From Thalia democratica (taxonomy: Eukaryota), in NCBI GenBank assembly GCA_965202585.1, contig OZ241827.1, forward strand, positions 49,600,001-49,664,000: a DNA stretch of 64,000 bases, read 5' to 3'. Under the pieces are notes generated by a model. It searched no databases. It was not told the origin of the DNA and saw nothing but the letters and a program-made list of their open reading frames with translations. How positions within the stretch are numbered: position 1 is the stretch's first letter; the number at the start of each line of letters is the position of its first letter. The position numbers were made by a program, and so were the translations under genes. Below, piece by piece: positions 38,001-50,006 of this stretch.

Positions 38001-40893
38001 AAGAATCTGCTCCGCCGTAGTCAGATGATTCTGAGTTTCCAAACTGCCCGTAAGATCCTCCTGACGTGTCTCCGTAGTTCGGTGTGAACTGAGACCCACC
38101 CGTGCTACCTCCGAAACTTGATCCTTGAGAATTTCCCAACGGGTAAGCACCAGCTGAGCTCGAAGAGTCACCATAGTCTGCAGGTTGTGAGTAAACACCC
38201 GCGCCACTCGTGTCGCCATAAGAACCGCCGGCGTTGCTTCCGCCACTCGGTCCATTTACTGAGCCCTGAGATCCACTTGAACCGTAAGGATAAGAACCAG
38301 ACAAACCAGAATTTTGCGAACCGCCGTAAGAGTTGCTTCCTCCGTATGAGTTGCTTGTTCCATAAGGATTGGATCCTGTGCTGCCAGAAGACCCGTAGCT
38401 TGTATCTGAATTACCACCATACGAATTATTTGTACCGTAAGGATTTGAACCTGTGCTACCAGAAGATCCATAGCCCGTATCTGAAGCACCGTTGTAAGGC
38501 GATGAAGCACCTGCTGAGTTTCCAGCACCGCCGTATGAAGGGTAAATATTTCCGTTGGAAGTTCCTCCAAAACTGTTTTCATTACCCGCTATTGGTGAAG
38601 AATTGGAAGAGTCATAAGGGTAAGATGAAGCTCCACTTTGGCCAACGTTTGATTGACTGTTTGTTGCTTGACTGTTATACGAATTGTAAGGATCAGAACT
38701 GCTACCTCCGCTGTATGCGGAGTTGTTATCTCCGTAGGAGCTACTCCCGCTATACGGATACCCTCCACTGCTTGCTGAACCTCCACCGTAGCTGTTAGAA
38801 GATCCCGAGGTTTGGCCGTACGGGTATGAACTACTGCTGGAAGAACCCCCTCCGTAAGAGGGTGCTGGTTGGTAACCACCACTGTTGGTAGAGCTACCAC
38901 CATATCCACTACTTCCGCTGTTAGACTGGCCTCCGTAAGGATTACTGCTTTGAGACGAACCTCCGCTACCATACGGGTCGTACGGATTGCTACCTCCTAC
39001 AGAGCTACCTGAATTAGACCCTCCTGACCCAGCTCCGTATTGGTTACCACTGTAAGCACCAGTATCACTCCCACCATACGGATAACCACCTGATGAGCTT
39101 CCGCCACCGTAAGAATTAGTGTTTGCCGTGTTGCCGTAGGGAGTTTGTGCGCTTGAACTACCGTATGGTGAGCCTCCATATCCTCCAGAACTTCCGTAAG
39201 GTGAACTACCTCCAGAACTTCCGTAAGGTGAACTGCCTCCAGAACTTCCGTAAAGCGAACTACCTCCAGAACTTCCGTAAGGTGAACTGCCTCCAGAACT
39301 GCCATAAGGTGAACTGCCTCCAGAACTGCCGTACCCTCCGTATCCTTGACTCGCTGTTGGTTGCCCTCCATAACTGCCTCCGTTTGAACCGTAGGAGTTG
39401 CTCATGTAAGGGTTGACGGAGCTTGTTGGACCCCCACCGTACTGAGAACCATAGCCACCGCCGTAAGGAGATCCACCTCCGTATTGGTTCATCCCGTGCA
39501 TACCACCGCTCATGTACGGGTTATTAGAGATGGAAGCTCCGCCGTAAGGACTGCCATACCCACCAGAAGGCGACCCGTATCCTCCATTTCCCCCTCCGTA
39601 GTTGTAACCGCCTCCGTGCATACCAGAAACGTACAGGTTACCGTAACCACCTGCCCCGTATCCGCCTGCGCCGTAGCCCTGAGTCGGCGACTGGTACCCT
39701 CCTGCGCCGTAACCCCCATATCCCCCACCGTAACCACTACCTATCGGTTGGTAAGCGTTCGAACCTCCGGTCGTTATAGACCCAAGTCCGTAGCGGCCCG
39801 ACGTGGGCGAGCTGTACCCGCCGCCGTAGCCTCCACCGTAACCGCTGTTGCCGTATCCTCCTCCGTACGAAGGTCCGCTCGGAGAAGACGACGGGTACTG
39901 GTATAAGCCGCCGTTGACACCCATGCCTCCTCCGCTGTAAGCGTTGTATCCGGGGTCGTTAGTGTAGCTCACTTGGTCGTCGTTGGGGTTGTACCTGGTT
40001 GAGGAGCTTCCGATTCTGATGTCTTGACCCGTTGAACCGCTGCTGTAGCTGTTGCTTCCACCTAAAAAAAATTGATGAAGTTTGTTAAATGGTTATTTTA
40101 ATCTGATTTTTTATATGGTTGTTTACTTTTTTACTTTTCAACTCAAGGAAGAGCAACATTAACTAAGAAACTCTACTGATAATTTAGCAGTACATAACTT
40201 ACGAATTGGAGAGTAAGCTGGCTGGTAAGGAGTTTGGTTTGAGCCGGACGTGCTTCCCGAAGAAGACCCGGAGTAAGGGTACGATCCCGACGTACCTCCG
40301 TAAGGCGACCCACCGTACTGAGACGAGCCTCCGTAACCTCCGGAACTTCCGTAAGGTGAGCTGCCCCCAGAACTTCCGTAACCTCCAGAGCTTCCGTAGG
40401 AAAGATAGTCGCTCGAAGAATCTGTTGACGAAGACTCGACGCTTGCCCTTCCCGGAGCGTCTTCCGTGGACGGATCGGAAAGCGAGGTGTACCTTATCTG
40501 CTCGGGAAAGGAATAATCAGCCGACTCCATGCTGAGCCCGACGTTGCTGTTGCTTCCGCCGCTGTTTCCACTATTACTAGAGTCGTAGCTGCCGAAGGTG
40601 TCCGAGTAGCCTCCCGAGTTGTAGCCGCCCGAGTCCGTCGGAATACCGTAGCCGTGATCGTTGTACGAACCCGGGGTTTCGTAGTAGGACGCGCTAGGGG
40701 TGTCGGAGGGGACGTCTGGTGACTGCCGCTTGGAGTGGTGGCGCCTCCGGTGGTGCTCCTTTATTCTTTGTAGGATCGGCTTTTGGAATTTTTCGAGAAC
40801 GGCCCGTTTTTTGGTTGCTCTCGATTGCACATCTTTGGTCAGCAAGTTTAGAAATATTGACAATATAATTATTGATAATATTTTCTTTCCCAT
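29053..40893 (-). CDS. LOX: Secreted lysyl oxidase (LOX/LOXL1-type, no SRCR domains) with a very long Gly/Ser/Tyr-rich pro-region; long isoform about 1,469 aa
   Basis: Exons 40893-40203 (signal peptide [18 protein letters not shown]), 40061-37187, 36692-36623, 35494-35419 (GC donor), 35023-34943, then catalytic exons 31102-30958, 30429-30331, 29970-29842, 29686-29566, 29175-29053. Total 4,410 nt, in frame. Catalytic motifs present: KLPDL, RLLRF, WIWHDCHNHNHSM (Cu histidines), [12 protein letters not shown] (LTQ Lys), [23 protein letters not shown] (LTQ Tyr), VIVNP. LOX identity is firm; linkage to the upstream exons is inferred from phase and from the lack of any other signal-peptide exon. 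Confidence 0.85.
31514..32855. mobile_element. Non-autonomous hAT (Buster-type) element in the LOX intron upstream of the catalytic exons
   Basis: Perfect 17-bp TIRs TAGGGGTGGGCAACGTA / TACGTTGCCCACCCCTA; perfect 8-bp TSD AGCTAGAA at 31506-31513 and 32856-32863; CCGGCCCGC subterminal repeats. Decayed relatives lie near 1297, 10630, 24278 and 27670-27960. Confidence 0.92.
34401..40893 (-). CDS. Alternative short isoform of the same locus: secreted Gly/Ser/Tyr-rich protein (about 1,304 aa) ending in a Lys/Arg-rich tail, without the LOX domain
   Basis: Exon 34522-34401 has an AG acceptor and continues the frame from the phase-1 exon 35023-34943. It encodes [40 protein letters not shown] then TAA, with a minus-strand AATAAA at 34211-34206. 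Total 3,915 nt, in frame. Confidence 0.6.
39182..39331 (-). repeat. Coding 27-bp tandem repeat (GGSSPYGSS, about 5.5 copies)
   Basis: Plus-strand unit CCTCCAGAACTTCCGTAAGGTGAACT(A/G); the same unit reappears in exon 1 at about 40330-40400. Confidence 0.9.
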
Positions 40894-43800
40894 TTCGATG
40901 TGGTTTGTTTATTGTTTACACCGAACTGTTTTAATGCATTTTTAAATGAGTAGCGAATAAAATTATCATATTATATTTTATTACATGACATAGACAGTTT
41001 ATGCCACTTAGAATTTTTGTGTTTTATTAAATATTTATGCAAAAACAAATCATTTTATAAAATGTTAAACTTTAATAAGGATTCCTTGTCTAAACGGATC
41101 CTTGTTGTAAATAGCTAACAATAAAACCATGCATATATTAAACAAACTTTCTTTATTCGGTCTAATTTTTTTATAAAATAAAAGAAGTTCATTAAGAATG
41201 TTGAGTTTATTTCAAGATAGAAAGTATGTATAACACGCCACGGTGTTTTATAAACTTAAAAGCTGTAAAGCTTTTATTAACGGAATTTTTGGTCTACTGT
41301 AAATATGTTTACTGACATATTTGTATGATTCATTATTTTTAATGAAATATAAATCAAGACGATTTAGATGAACTTGTATTTTTAAATATAGTAACAAAAA
41401 ACTAGTTCAACTAAACAGTAACTAAAACTGTTTTATGAAATAAAACACAACTGAAAAACAAACTAGATAACTTTTTCTAGCTGTACAAAGTTGTTCAAAC
41501 CCTAAAGCTTATGTATTTATACAAAAAAATTCACTGTTGCTTTGCGTAATGAATCTGAATTGCAAATGTTTACGCGAAACGAACAACAACTCAATTTATC
41601 CGTGCCTTCGACGCGGGTGATTGAGTTTGGGGCTGTAATGCAAGTCATGTATGAAATCACGAAATATGTTCTGCGCACCATACCCTTGTATTCAATTTGG
41701 ATCCTTTCCAAAATTACTTTTCAATGATTTGTTACCTAGTTTTAATATGTGTTTTTTTTTTGTTTTCAAGAAGCTGCATATTGTTCTGCTTTATGTAACA
41801 CTTGATAGAGTTAGATGCAAAATAAAAACAAGTTAACAAAAACAATAAATTAAAAGGTACTTTGAATAATTAAAGTAACGTGTAAATTACGAATGTATAA
41901 AAAATATCAGACTAAAATAACTCTTTAGTTGGTATAGTTTTAGTTTAAAAGCTCTGTATTATATGAATCAAAACTTTAGCTTTATTCAAAACATTGACTA
42001 GTTTAAACATAAATACGTTCGCAAAAATTAATTTTCGAGGAAGTCAATCTTTTTCTGAGTACTAAGTTTTAAACTTTATACACGGATATTTATTTTGAAA
42101 AACAAGACAACGGATTTTATGTAACAAATTTCATGAAATTTTTGTTGCTGTTTTTAAAAGTAATTAGATTAACAAAAGTTTGAAGCATATAAAGGTCTTT
42201 CAAGTTTATAAAATGTAATAAGTGTTTATTTAAGTTACTTTTAAAAACAAAATTATTTTTGATAAGTTGATTTGTTAATTACATAAGCATAAGCGAGTAA
42301 TTTTTAAAGTACTAACATAGATCAATTCTGATGTAAATTTTAATGTCTTCTATACTTTTTTCACGATCAGGAATACTTAAAAAAAACATTAAATGAAATA
42401 CGATCATGTTTATCAAATTTATAGCAAATCAAATAAATGTTGTTTTTAGTTAAAACGGTAAAAATTTATTTCTAATTAGTAGATAACTTATTGTAATATA
42501 ATGAATATTTAGATTAAAAAATTTCATTCTGAAGCTTATTGAAACAATTAAAAGTACATTTCCCATAATAAAATATAAAAATGACTAAAACAATAATAAA
42601 GCATGTACTTTTCGGAACAGTACATATAATGAACTTAATAGTTTTATAATAAAATATTTTTTAATAGTTTAGCCATGTAAGAAAATAGATAGGTCATTAA
42701 TATACTTAGACTATACATTTTGATAATTTTTGTTAATTTTAAACTTGCGTAAAAAAAACTAAAACTAAATTTTTTTTACACATTAAGAAAATTTTTTTTT
42801 GCCTTATTGTTATTAGTTCTATTTACAATATAAAATACTGTAAAATTTCTGAACATAGTTTTGTATTCACAGTAAATGCGGTAGATATTTAAAAACATAC
42901 ATTTTAGATTACTTTTTAAACATACTTTACTACTGATAAAAACGTTTTTGTATAAGTTTTCAAATTCCGTTTAAGGTATAAAAACAGGAAATACTTTTAT
43001 GTTAAACATTATTTAAAGTGTTTTTATTCTGATTGACGTAATTGGCAAGGGTTTATTTTATAGAATAATTAAGGCTATTTTTTTATGAAAATGACAAAAC
43101 AGCTAAAAATAGTTTTTTTTTAGTTTATCAGTTCTTTGTTTTTACACTAGATGAGAGAAATTTTATTAAAGTTTTGCAAAAATATAAATTTGAATAACAA
43201 AGATATTACAAATTAAAACAATTGCTAATAAGAGTAGTCAGTAAATTGGCAATTTTTAAATTACTTTAAGAAGTTATCTAATTAATAATTCTGTTAAAAC
43301 TAACATCATGCTAATAGAAAAATGTTTACATTTGTTTTACAAACTTTTAATAAATTAAATAATAAATAAAATTGCAAAAAAAAAATATTTGTACTGTTAA
43401 CAGGTAAACTGTGCATAAAATTAGTGAGTAGAAGTTTTTACCGATTGTATACTTTTTAATATAGCGATAAAAATTATCTTAAGTTTGTCAAGGATGTTTT
43501 AGCATACTTAAAACAAAACATAACTCTAAATAAAGTATAAACACGTTTAATTTTTTAAACTTGGTATCTTCGTACTTTTATTTCCATGCCGTCAGCGATC
43601 TGCAGGGTTACCGACGGTAAAATTTCCGGTTCTACGCAGTCGCTGTCCAGATAGAACTCAAATTTTCGCAACAAGTGCCCAATGACTACTCGCATTTGGT
43701 GCATAGCAAAGTTTTGACCTATGCAGTTTCTGCAAAATCGTATAAGTGTATTGATAGTAATGATACCCTGTTTTTATACAGATGCCTGTCTATTCAAACA

Positions 43801-44586
43801 GTAAGATGTTAGTTTAATAAATTTATGTTTTGTTCGTCTGTTTGTTTACTACGAGGTATAAAAAGTAATAAAAAAGACAAAAAAACTTAGTTTCACAAAA
43901 AAGATAAATTTTGAGATAACATATTTTAAATATTTATAACTTCTTTACCAACTTAAGCTAAGTAACAAAATTGTTGCTATAAAATTTTAGGTAAAATGAA
44001 ACATTTTTTCGTCTTAGAGCTGTAATTTACCATCAATTTATTATCATTTGTTTATGTATACTGTTTAATACTAAAGCTGTGATACGTAAAATAAAAAACT
44101 CTTTTTCCTTTGTTTAAAAACTACTTGTTTTGAAAGCTATTTGAAAAATGCATCGAGTAATATTATATAACAATTACAAAGCTTATTGTAAGAGTATTGT
44201 AAAAGTAATAAAATGTTGCTTGATGCGTTTTAAAAATTACTTTTAAATCAACTGATATCTACACAAAAGAAAAATAGTTTTCAATTTTTGTAACTGTAAG
44301 GCTTTTCTTGTTTTTAATTGTTTTTTAGCCTACTGGTTTTTGTTTTAAAGTTTGTTCTAGCAAAGTACCAAGGCGTTTTGAATTATAGGCTGGCGTAGTT
44401 AATTTTAATAGTAAATAAAGGTAACAAATACTACAGTTTAGTACTTTAGACAGTTTAGTCTTTAGAAGTTACATACTTCACTTTATCAATTTACTCCTTA
44501 TAGTTGTCTTAATTACTTTAAGAATGAACACCAGCTGTGCTACCGCTTATAGCTTTAGCCTACCTGCTAATAAAGTGGCAAGTTTA

Positions 44587-44685
<99 letters not shown>

Positions 44686-47600
44686 TTAGATACTTTTTGA
44701 GAAGTTATAAAGTAAACATTGAACAGATGACAGTTACTTCTAAGATATTTTCTTTAAAGTTTAAGCAAAAGTAGCAACTAAAACAAAAGTGTTTAGAACA
44801 CATAAACAAATGAAAATGATTAAAATACGTTTCAAGTTTGGTCGACTTTCTAAATACTCTTTCAGCCGGAAAAGCCAGTTTGTTTTAATTGCGATTAGTT
44901 TTAAGATGCGGTTTTAAGCTTTATATTGGTTGTGTGAAACTTGCAATTCCTTTGTATGCATATTATGACCTAACTTTTAAATGTGTGCATATTCTAATAC
45001 AAAAGGTAAAAGTTTGTAGGAATTTTAAGAAGCAGTTGTTACAACTGACCGCCGGGTCCCGCTTCCAAATGTTGCGGTTGCGGTGCATGGCGTACAAGTT
45101 GACGTTGACTGGCGTTCCTTTCAAAATAACAACGCTGTCGTTGTTGTCGTTGATGTTGGTGAACTTTACGTCCTCGTTGAGCTCCCTGCCGACAAAGTGG
45201 ATGATGGGGTACAACCTCATCGCCTCCTTGATGCACATCGTCACCGTCTTCATTCGAGATTCCTCGGCGCTGTCGCAAAAAAATCGTGGTTGAAGCTTGT
45301 TGTCGTGAAGGTTAAAGTTCGGTTGTAAATAAACAAAAAAACAAATTTGAAGCTTGCTTGATTTTTTTTAGAATTATATAGATTTAAGTTAAAAACTGGT
45401 TTTAATCAGAAAATAAACAATTTTGTAAAAAATACTATACTGAAATTTTAATCTTATAAAATGTAACAATAAACATGAAATTAGTTTTATATTAATAAAA
45501 AAAAAAATTAAGTTGAAACAAAGTTTAGAAAAAGACCTTTCTATAACTTCATTATCTCCTACTATCTCAAATATTTCTTCTCTACACTTTTCTTGCCATT
45601 CTGTACTTTTAGCAAGGTTGTATAAGGTCCAAGCCAATGCTATTAAGGTTATTCGAATTATTATTTTTAAAAAACTGCTTCTTTGAAGTTTTCTTATAAT
45701 AAAACAGATAGTAGTTGTTAAGTACAATTTAAATAAGTTCATATACTTTTAATCATAGTAAAAGCTAAAAAATAACCTAGAATCAGTTTTAGCTACAGTT
45801 GTTATTACAACGAAAAAAAGAATAATTTATAAAAACAAGATATAAACTATGAAAATTAATAAATTAATTGAGTATCCATGTGCTAAATAACCTACTGAGA
45901 GATTAATCATCATTAGCTTTAATAATGACAAATCTCTAGCTAAAAAAAGGAAGAACATAAAAAAAGTTTTTGGTAAAATTTAGGTAAAATTATATAAATA
46001 ACTAGTAAACTTAGGCTTAAATTATTAGATCTATCTATTTTAAAGTTGTATTTATAGTTTGATTGTTTTGGTATAAAAATGATAAAACTATTAAAAAAAT
46101 TCTAAATATTTACTTATTGTTAACCGTAAAAACAAAGCTTTTATTTGCAGCAGTTGTAACAATTTTACGAGTGTTTATATTTTCTAATCAAGGTTACACG
46201 TACCAAAATATTTTTTTATAACCAATTAAACCAACAACTAGCAACAGTTTCTTGACCAGCAGAGAAAAATGTTACTACTTCATCCATAACTTCTGCTTCT
46301 GATAATTTACCTTCGCTATCCTAAAAAAATGTTTTTTTTACCTATGTTTTAAGAGCTAAGTAAATATTTTCCCTACACTATGTTAAAAAAGCTGAAATTT
46401 TGATAAACATTATAGATTTTATCATTTTGAAGTAAATGTTATAAAACTGTATTAGGTTCTAATATAAATGTTTTCGCAAATAGCATAGATTGTTTTTAAA
46501 ATAGCAATTTCGTTTATTTTTTATTTTAAATGCTAATTGTAGTTTAAAGTATTCTAAATTATTTTAGGTCGACCTGATTAATAAAAGCTAGATAACTGAA
46601 AAAGTTTAAATTTTAAGTCTAGTAAAAAATGTGATAAAAAACTTAAAACATGATAAAAAGGTATACGTCTAAAAAAGACTTCTCACCTTTATTAAAGAAT
46701 TTTTTTTTTAAGTAAAAGTCTTATAAAGTTTATAAAGATTTATCATTAAAAAGACTTGGTTTGTTTAATACTTTTTAACACTAAATATAAATCACCATAA
46801 GTAATTTAAAAAAACTAAATTTGTGCTTATAAGCCTAGTGTAGAAAAATCTATTTAAACACCTAATGTGCACATTTTATCAAAATTAAAAAAAACGAAGT
46901 CAAAGTTATACCTTAAGAAAAATAATGAACTTAGTTAAAAATATTTAAGCTGTATGTAATATCTTTAGTGAAACTAAATATAAACTTGAGAAGAAACATA
47001 AATAAATTTTTGCAACCGTTAAACAAATAACCTCGCTGATGAGAAGCAAATTCAAAAAATCTATGTAGCCTTTTTTAGATTTCGACAAGACCTCTTTGAT
47101 CTCCCCTTGCTTTGATAGTTCTTTAAGCTGAGCTCTCCTTTCAGATATAATCTTTGAAAACGTTTTAAAATAAAGATTCTATTCAATTTAAAATTTACCA
47201 GACATTTTTGGTAGAAAATTTTCTAAACATACTGCAAAAGTTATTTAAGCACGCTCATACGAGAAATTAAGCTTGATTATGTTTTTGTTAGACTGTTTGA
47301 AAAACTTACTTTTTTGAGCATCTTATAAATTGCATTTTGAATGGTATCAAGCCTCTTACCGGCTGATGACAAGTTGTAGGTGAAGTCAGGGAACAAAAAG
47401 GGCTTGTTCAACCTGTTTATTAGCAGAAAGTTCACTTCTTTCAACATGTGGATGAACGAGGTGCTACTGTCTCCCCTGTAGTTTTTTAACTGATTAAACA
47501 AGTTTCCTTGTTTTACAAAACATGTGTATTCGTTTCTTTGGGTACTATTGAAATAAGTTTGAAAAAAATAATATATATAGGAACTATACTGTAGTAGCTT

Positions 47601-48910
47601 GTAAAATTAGCACAGTGCAAACAGTTTTATAAAAGTAAATGAATCAAAACAAACTGTTATAACAAGCATATCTTAAAATTTATTTGCTACAGTGTGACTA
47701 AAAATTTAAACTTAGTTTTATCTTTATATTACTTATGACATATATACAGTATTGAGAAAAACTAATTCTATTTAGAGAAAATAAATGAAGAATTAAAAAT
47801 TAATTAAGTATTAATATACAAAAACTTTAAAAAAATGTTAATATAACTTTGTTTAAAATTAACGTTTTTACGTCGTCTTGTGAAAATACGCAACGCATGA
47901 TGTTTTCGTATGAAAGGTTGCTGACAAGTTCTGCAATGTCGAACTTGTTGCCTGTGTCAGCAACGGAATCAATAGAATTTATCATTCTATGCACGGTCTG
48001 GTTGAAGACGGATATGTGACTGTTTTTATCAAGTATTAGTAGAGCATTTTAAATTACATCAGTAGTAAGAAAAATAAAAACTTTTAAAATGTATTTTTAT
48101 GTAGATTAAGGTAGACAGATTAAAATGTAGGTGATATTTCAATAAGTTTATAACATCATATATTAGAAATTGATTAAATATGGAATAAAATTTTTGTAAA
48201 AAAAAAAGTTCGGTAAATGATGTATGCATTAAAAAAAGTCCATTTTTGGTTATAACTTTAACTTTAATTCATAATATGCTCTATACTTAAAATTAATGTC
48301 TCAAAACACAACTTTAAACTTATATAAAAAAGATTTTTCTTTATATAAAATAATTACTCCTTAATAAAACTAAAATATAAGACCACGAACTTTTTAATTA
48401 TGTCAAAATGAAATACTGTTGTGAGTAATTTACGATGTCTCTTCCATAGAGCTCCGTGGGATGTTATAAGACCTTGCCTTTAAAATCTCGCAAGAAATTT
48501 ATATCCCCAAGTTTTTGGATCTATTAATTTTTAAACATGACGATAAAATTTAGTTTTTTGAAGTATATAAAATTTATTAATACTTAATTGACAAAACAAT
48601 AGTCTTAGTATTAAACAATAGACAACAAAAATTTTAACATAGTAAAAAATTTATAGTTCTTTGAATACTTTTATTAACTTAACAGATATCAAAGCCTTAG
48701 TCTATTTTTTCTCAAAAACTTATTTCCAGTTAATATTTTAAACTTAATTTTTCAAACAGTAAACTCTTTAGTTATTTCAACTGATAGATTAATCCAGAAT
48801 ATATTAAATACATTTTTGTTTACTAAAGTTTATAACTAGCTAAAAATAGTAAAATGCGACTTAAGTTTTGGTATTAAGATTTAATCATATTTTATTTTTA
48901 AAGTTTATTA

Positions 48911-48970
48911 CAAATAAGACAATGTTTCACTCTTATATTATTATGTATAAGAGATCATCAGTTGCTTAAA
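48911..48970 (-). ncRNA. Second, partly degenerate type I hammerhead motif in CYP intron 2
   Basis: The minus strand reads TAAGCAA-CTGATGA-T-CTCTTATA-(8-nt loop)-TATAAGAG-T-GAAA-C-ATT-GTC-TTATTTG. A partial tandem copy of TAAGCAACTGATGA lies at about 49090-49103. Confidence 0.55.
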
Positions 48971-50006
48971 TATTCTGAAAAAAGTTTTTGAAAAAATAAA
49001 TGGAAGGTATATATAAAAAAATAAAAAGCAAAACAAAATAAAAAAAACTAAATTATAGAAAAACTAATTATACTATTGTACATAAGAAGTCATCAGTTGC
49101 TTACTTAAAGCTACTTAAGTTGAGAACTTTCAATTGTTTAATTTAAATCAAGTTACAGTATCATTAAGATTTAATAAAAGTTTAATTTTGTAAATGTATT
49201 GAAAATAGTTTATACTGGTCTAGTGCCTAAACTAAGTTGTAAATAAGCCTGTTTTACTTTTATACAAACAACTTATGAATAATGCTACAAAACACCTTTT
49301 TTTTTCATATAATACTTTTTTTTTCATTTATATTAGTCAAAATAAACTTAAACAATTTTGTTAAACTAATTTTGAATTTCTATAGTTATTATATTTAATT
49401 TATATATTTTTCTATAACACTGATGGCTTAAAGATATTTTTTTAAATCTTTTATAAAAGAAGCGAAAAATACCTTAATTTTTTTTTAAATATATCTTTAC
49501 TGTCTGTTTATTTAAAAAGTTTAAATACTTGTAGTTTTTACTTAGTATGGAGTTAAGTGAAAAACTGTATTATTTTTTATTCTAACTTGGAAAAGAAACA
49601 CAATTCATCTTAATTAAGAGTAATAATTTTTATCGACCACTTCATTTTAATTGTTTTAAATAGTTTTATTAATGTCTTATTGTCTAAATAAGCATTATTA
49701 ACGTTTCTTTTATTTACTAGGTGCAAAAGTTTTGAAATAGTATGTGCTTACAAAAACTACGAAATTTTGGACTAAAAGAAGGGGAAAATTCTTAAATTTT
49801 AATACTAAATTTATCAGACTTAAAATTTTTTACAAATATTTTTAAACTAATAATATAGCCTAGGTATTTATTAATTTTATGAGTAAAATGTTGCTTTTTT
49901 ATTTATATGTTTATATAGTTTTTAATAGTAAACTTGTTTTTATACACTATTTAAAACAACTTGTTAGTTACTAAACTTGATCGTAAAAAGCCATATAAAA
50001 ATACAT

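Noticed and set aside
37170-40945. Many overlapping ORFs in other frames and on the plus strand (e.g. 37188-37652, 38118-38798, 39484-39906, 40206-40535)
   Set aside because: Shadow frames of the GC-rich, repetitive Gly/Ser/Tyr exons; they have no splice logic or recognisable motifs.
44889-45328. Plus-strand and alternative-frame ORFs of 79-134 aa
   Set aside because: Shadows of GC-rich CYP exon 9.
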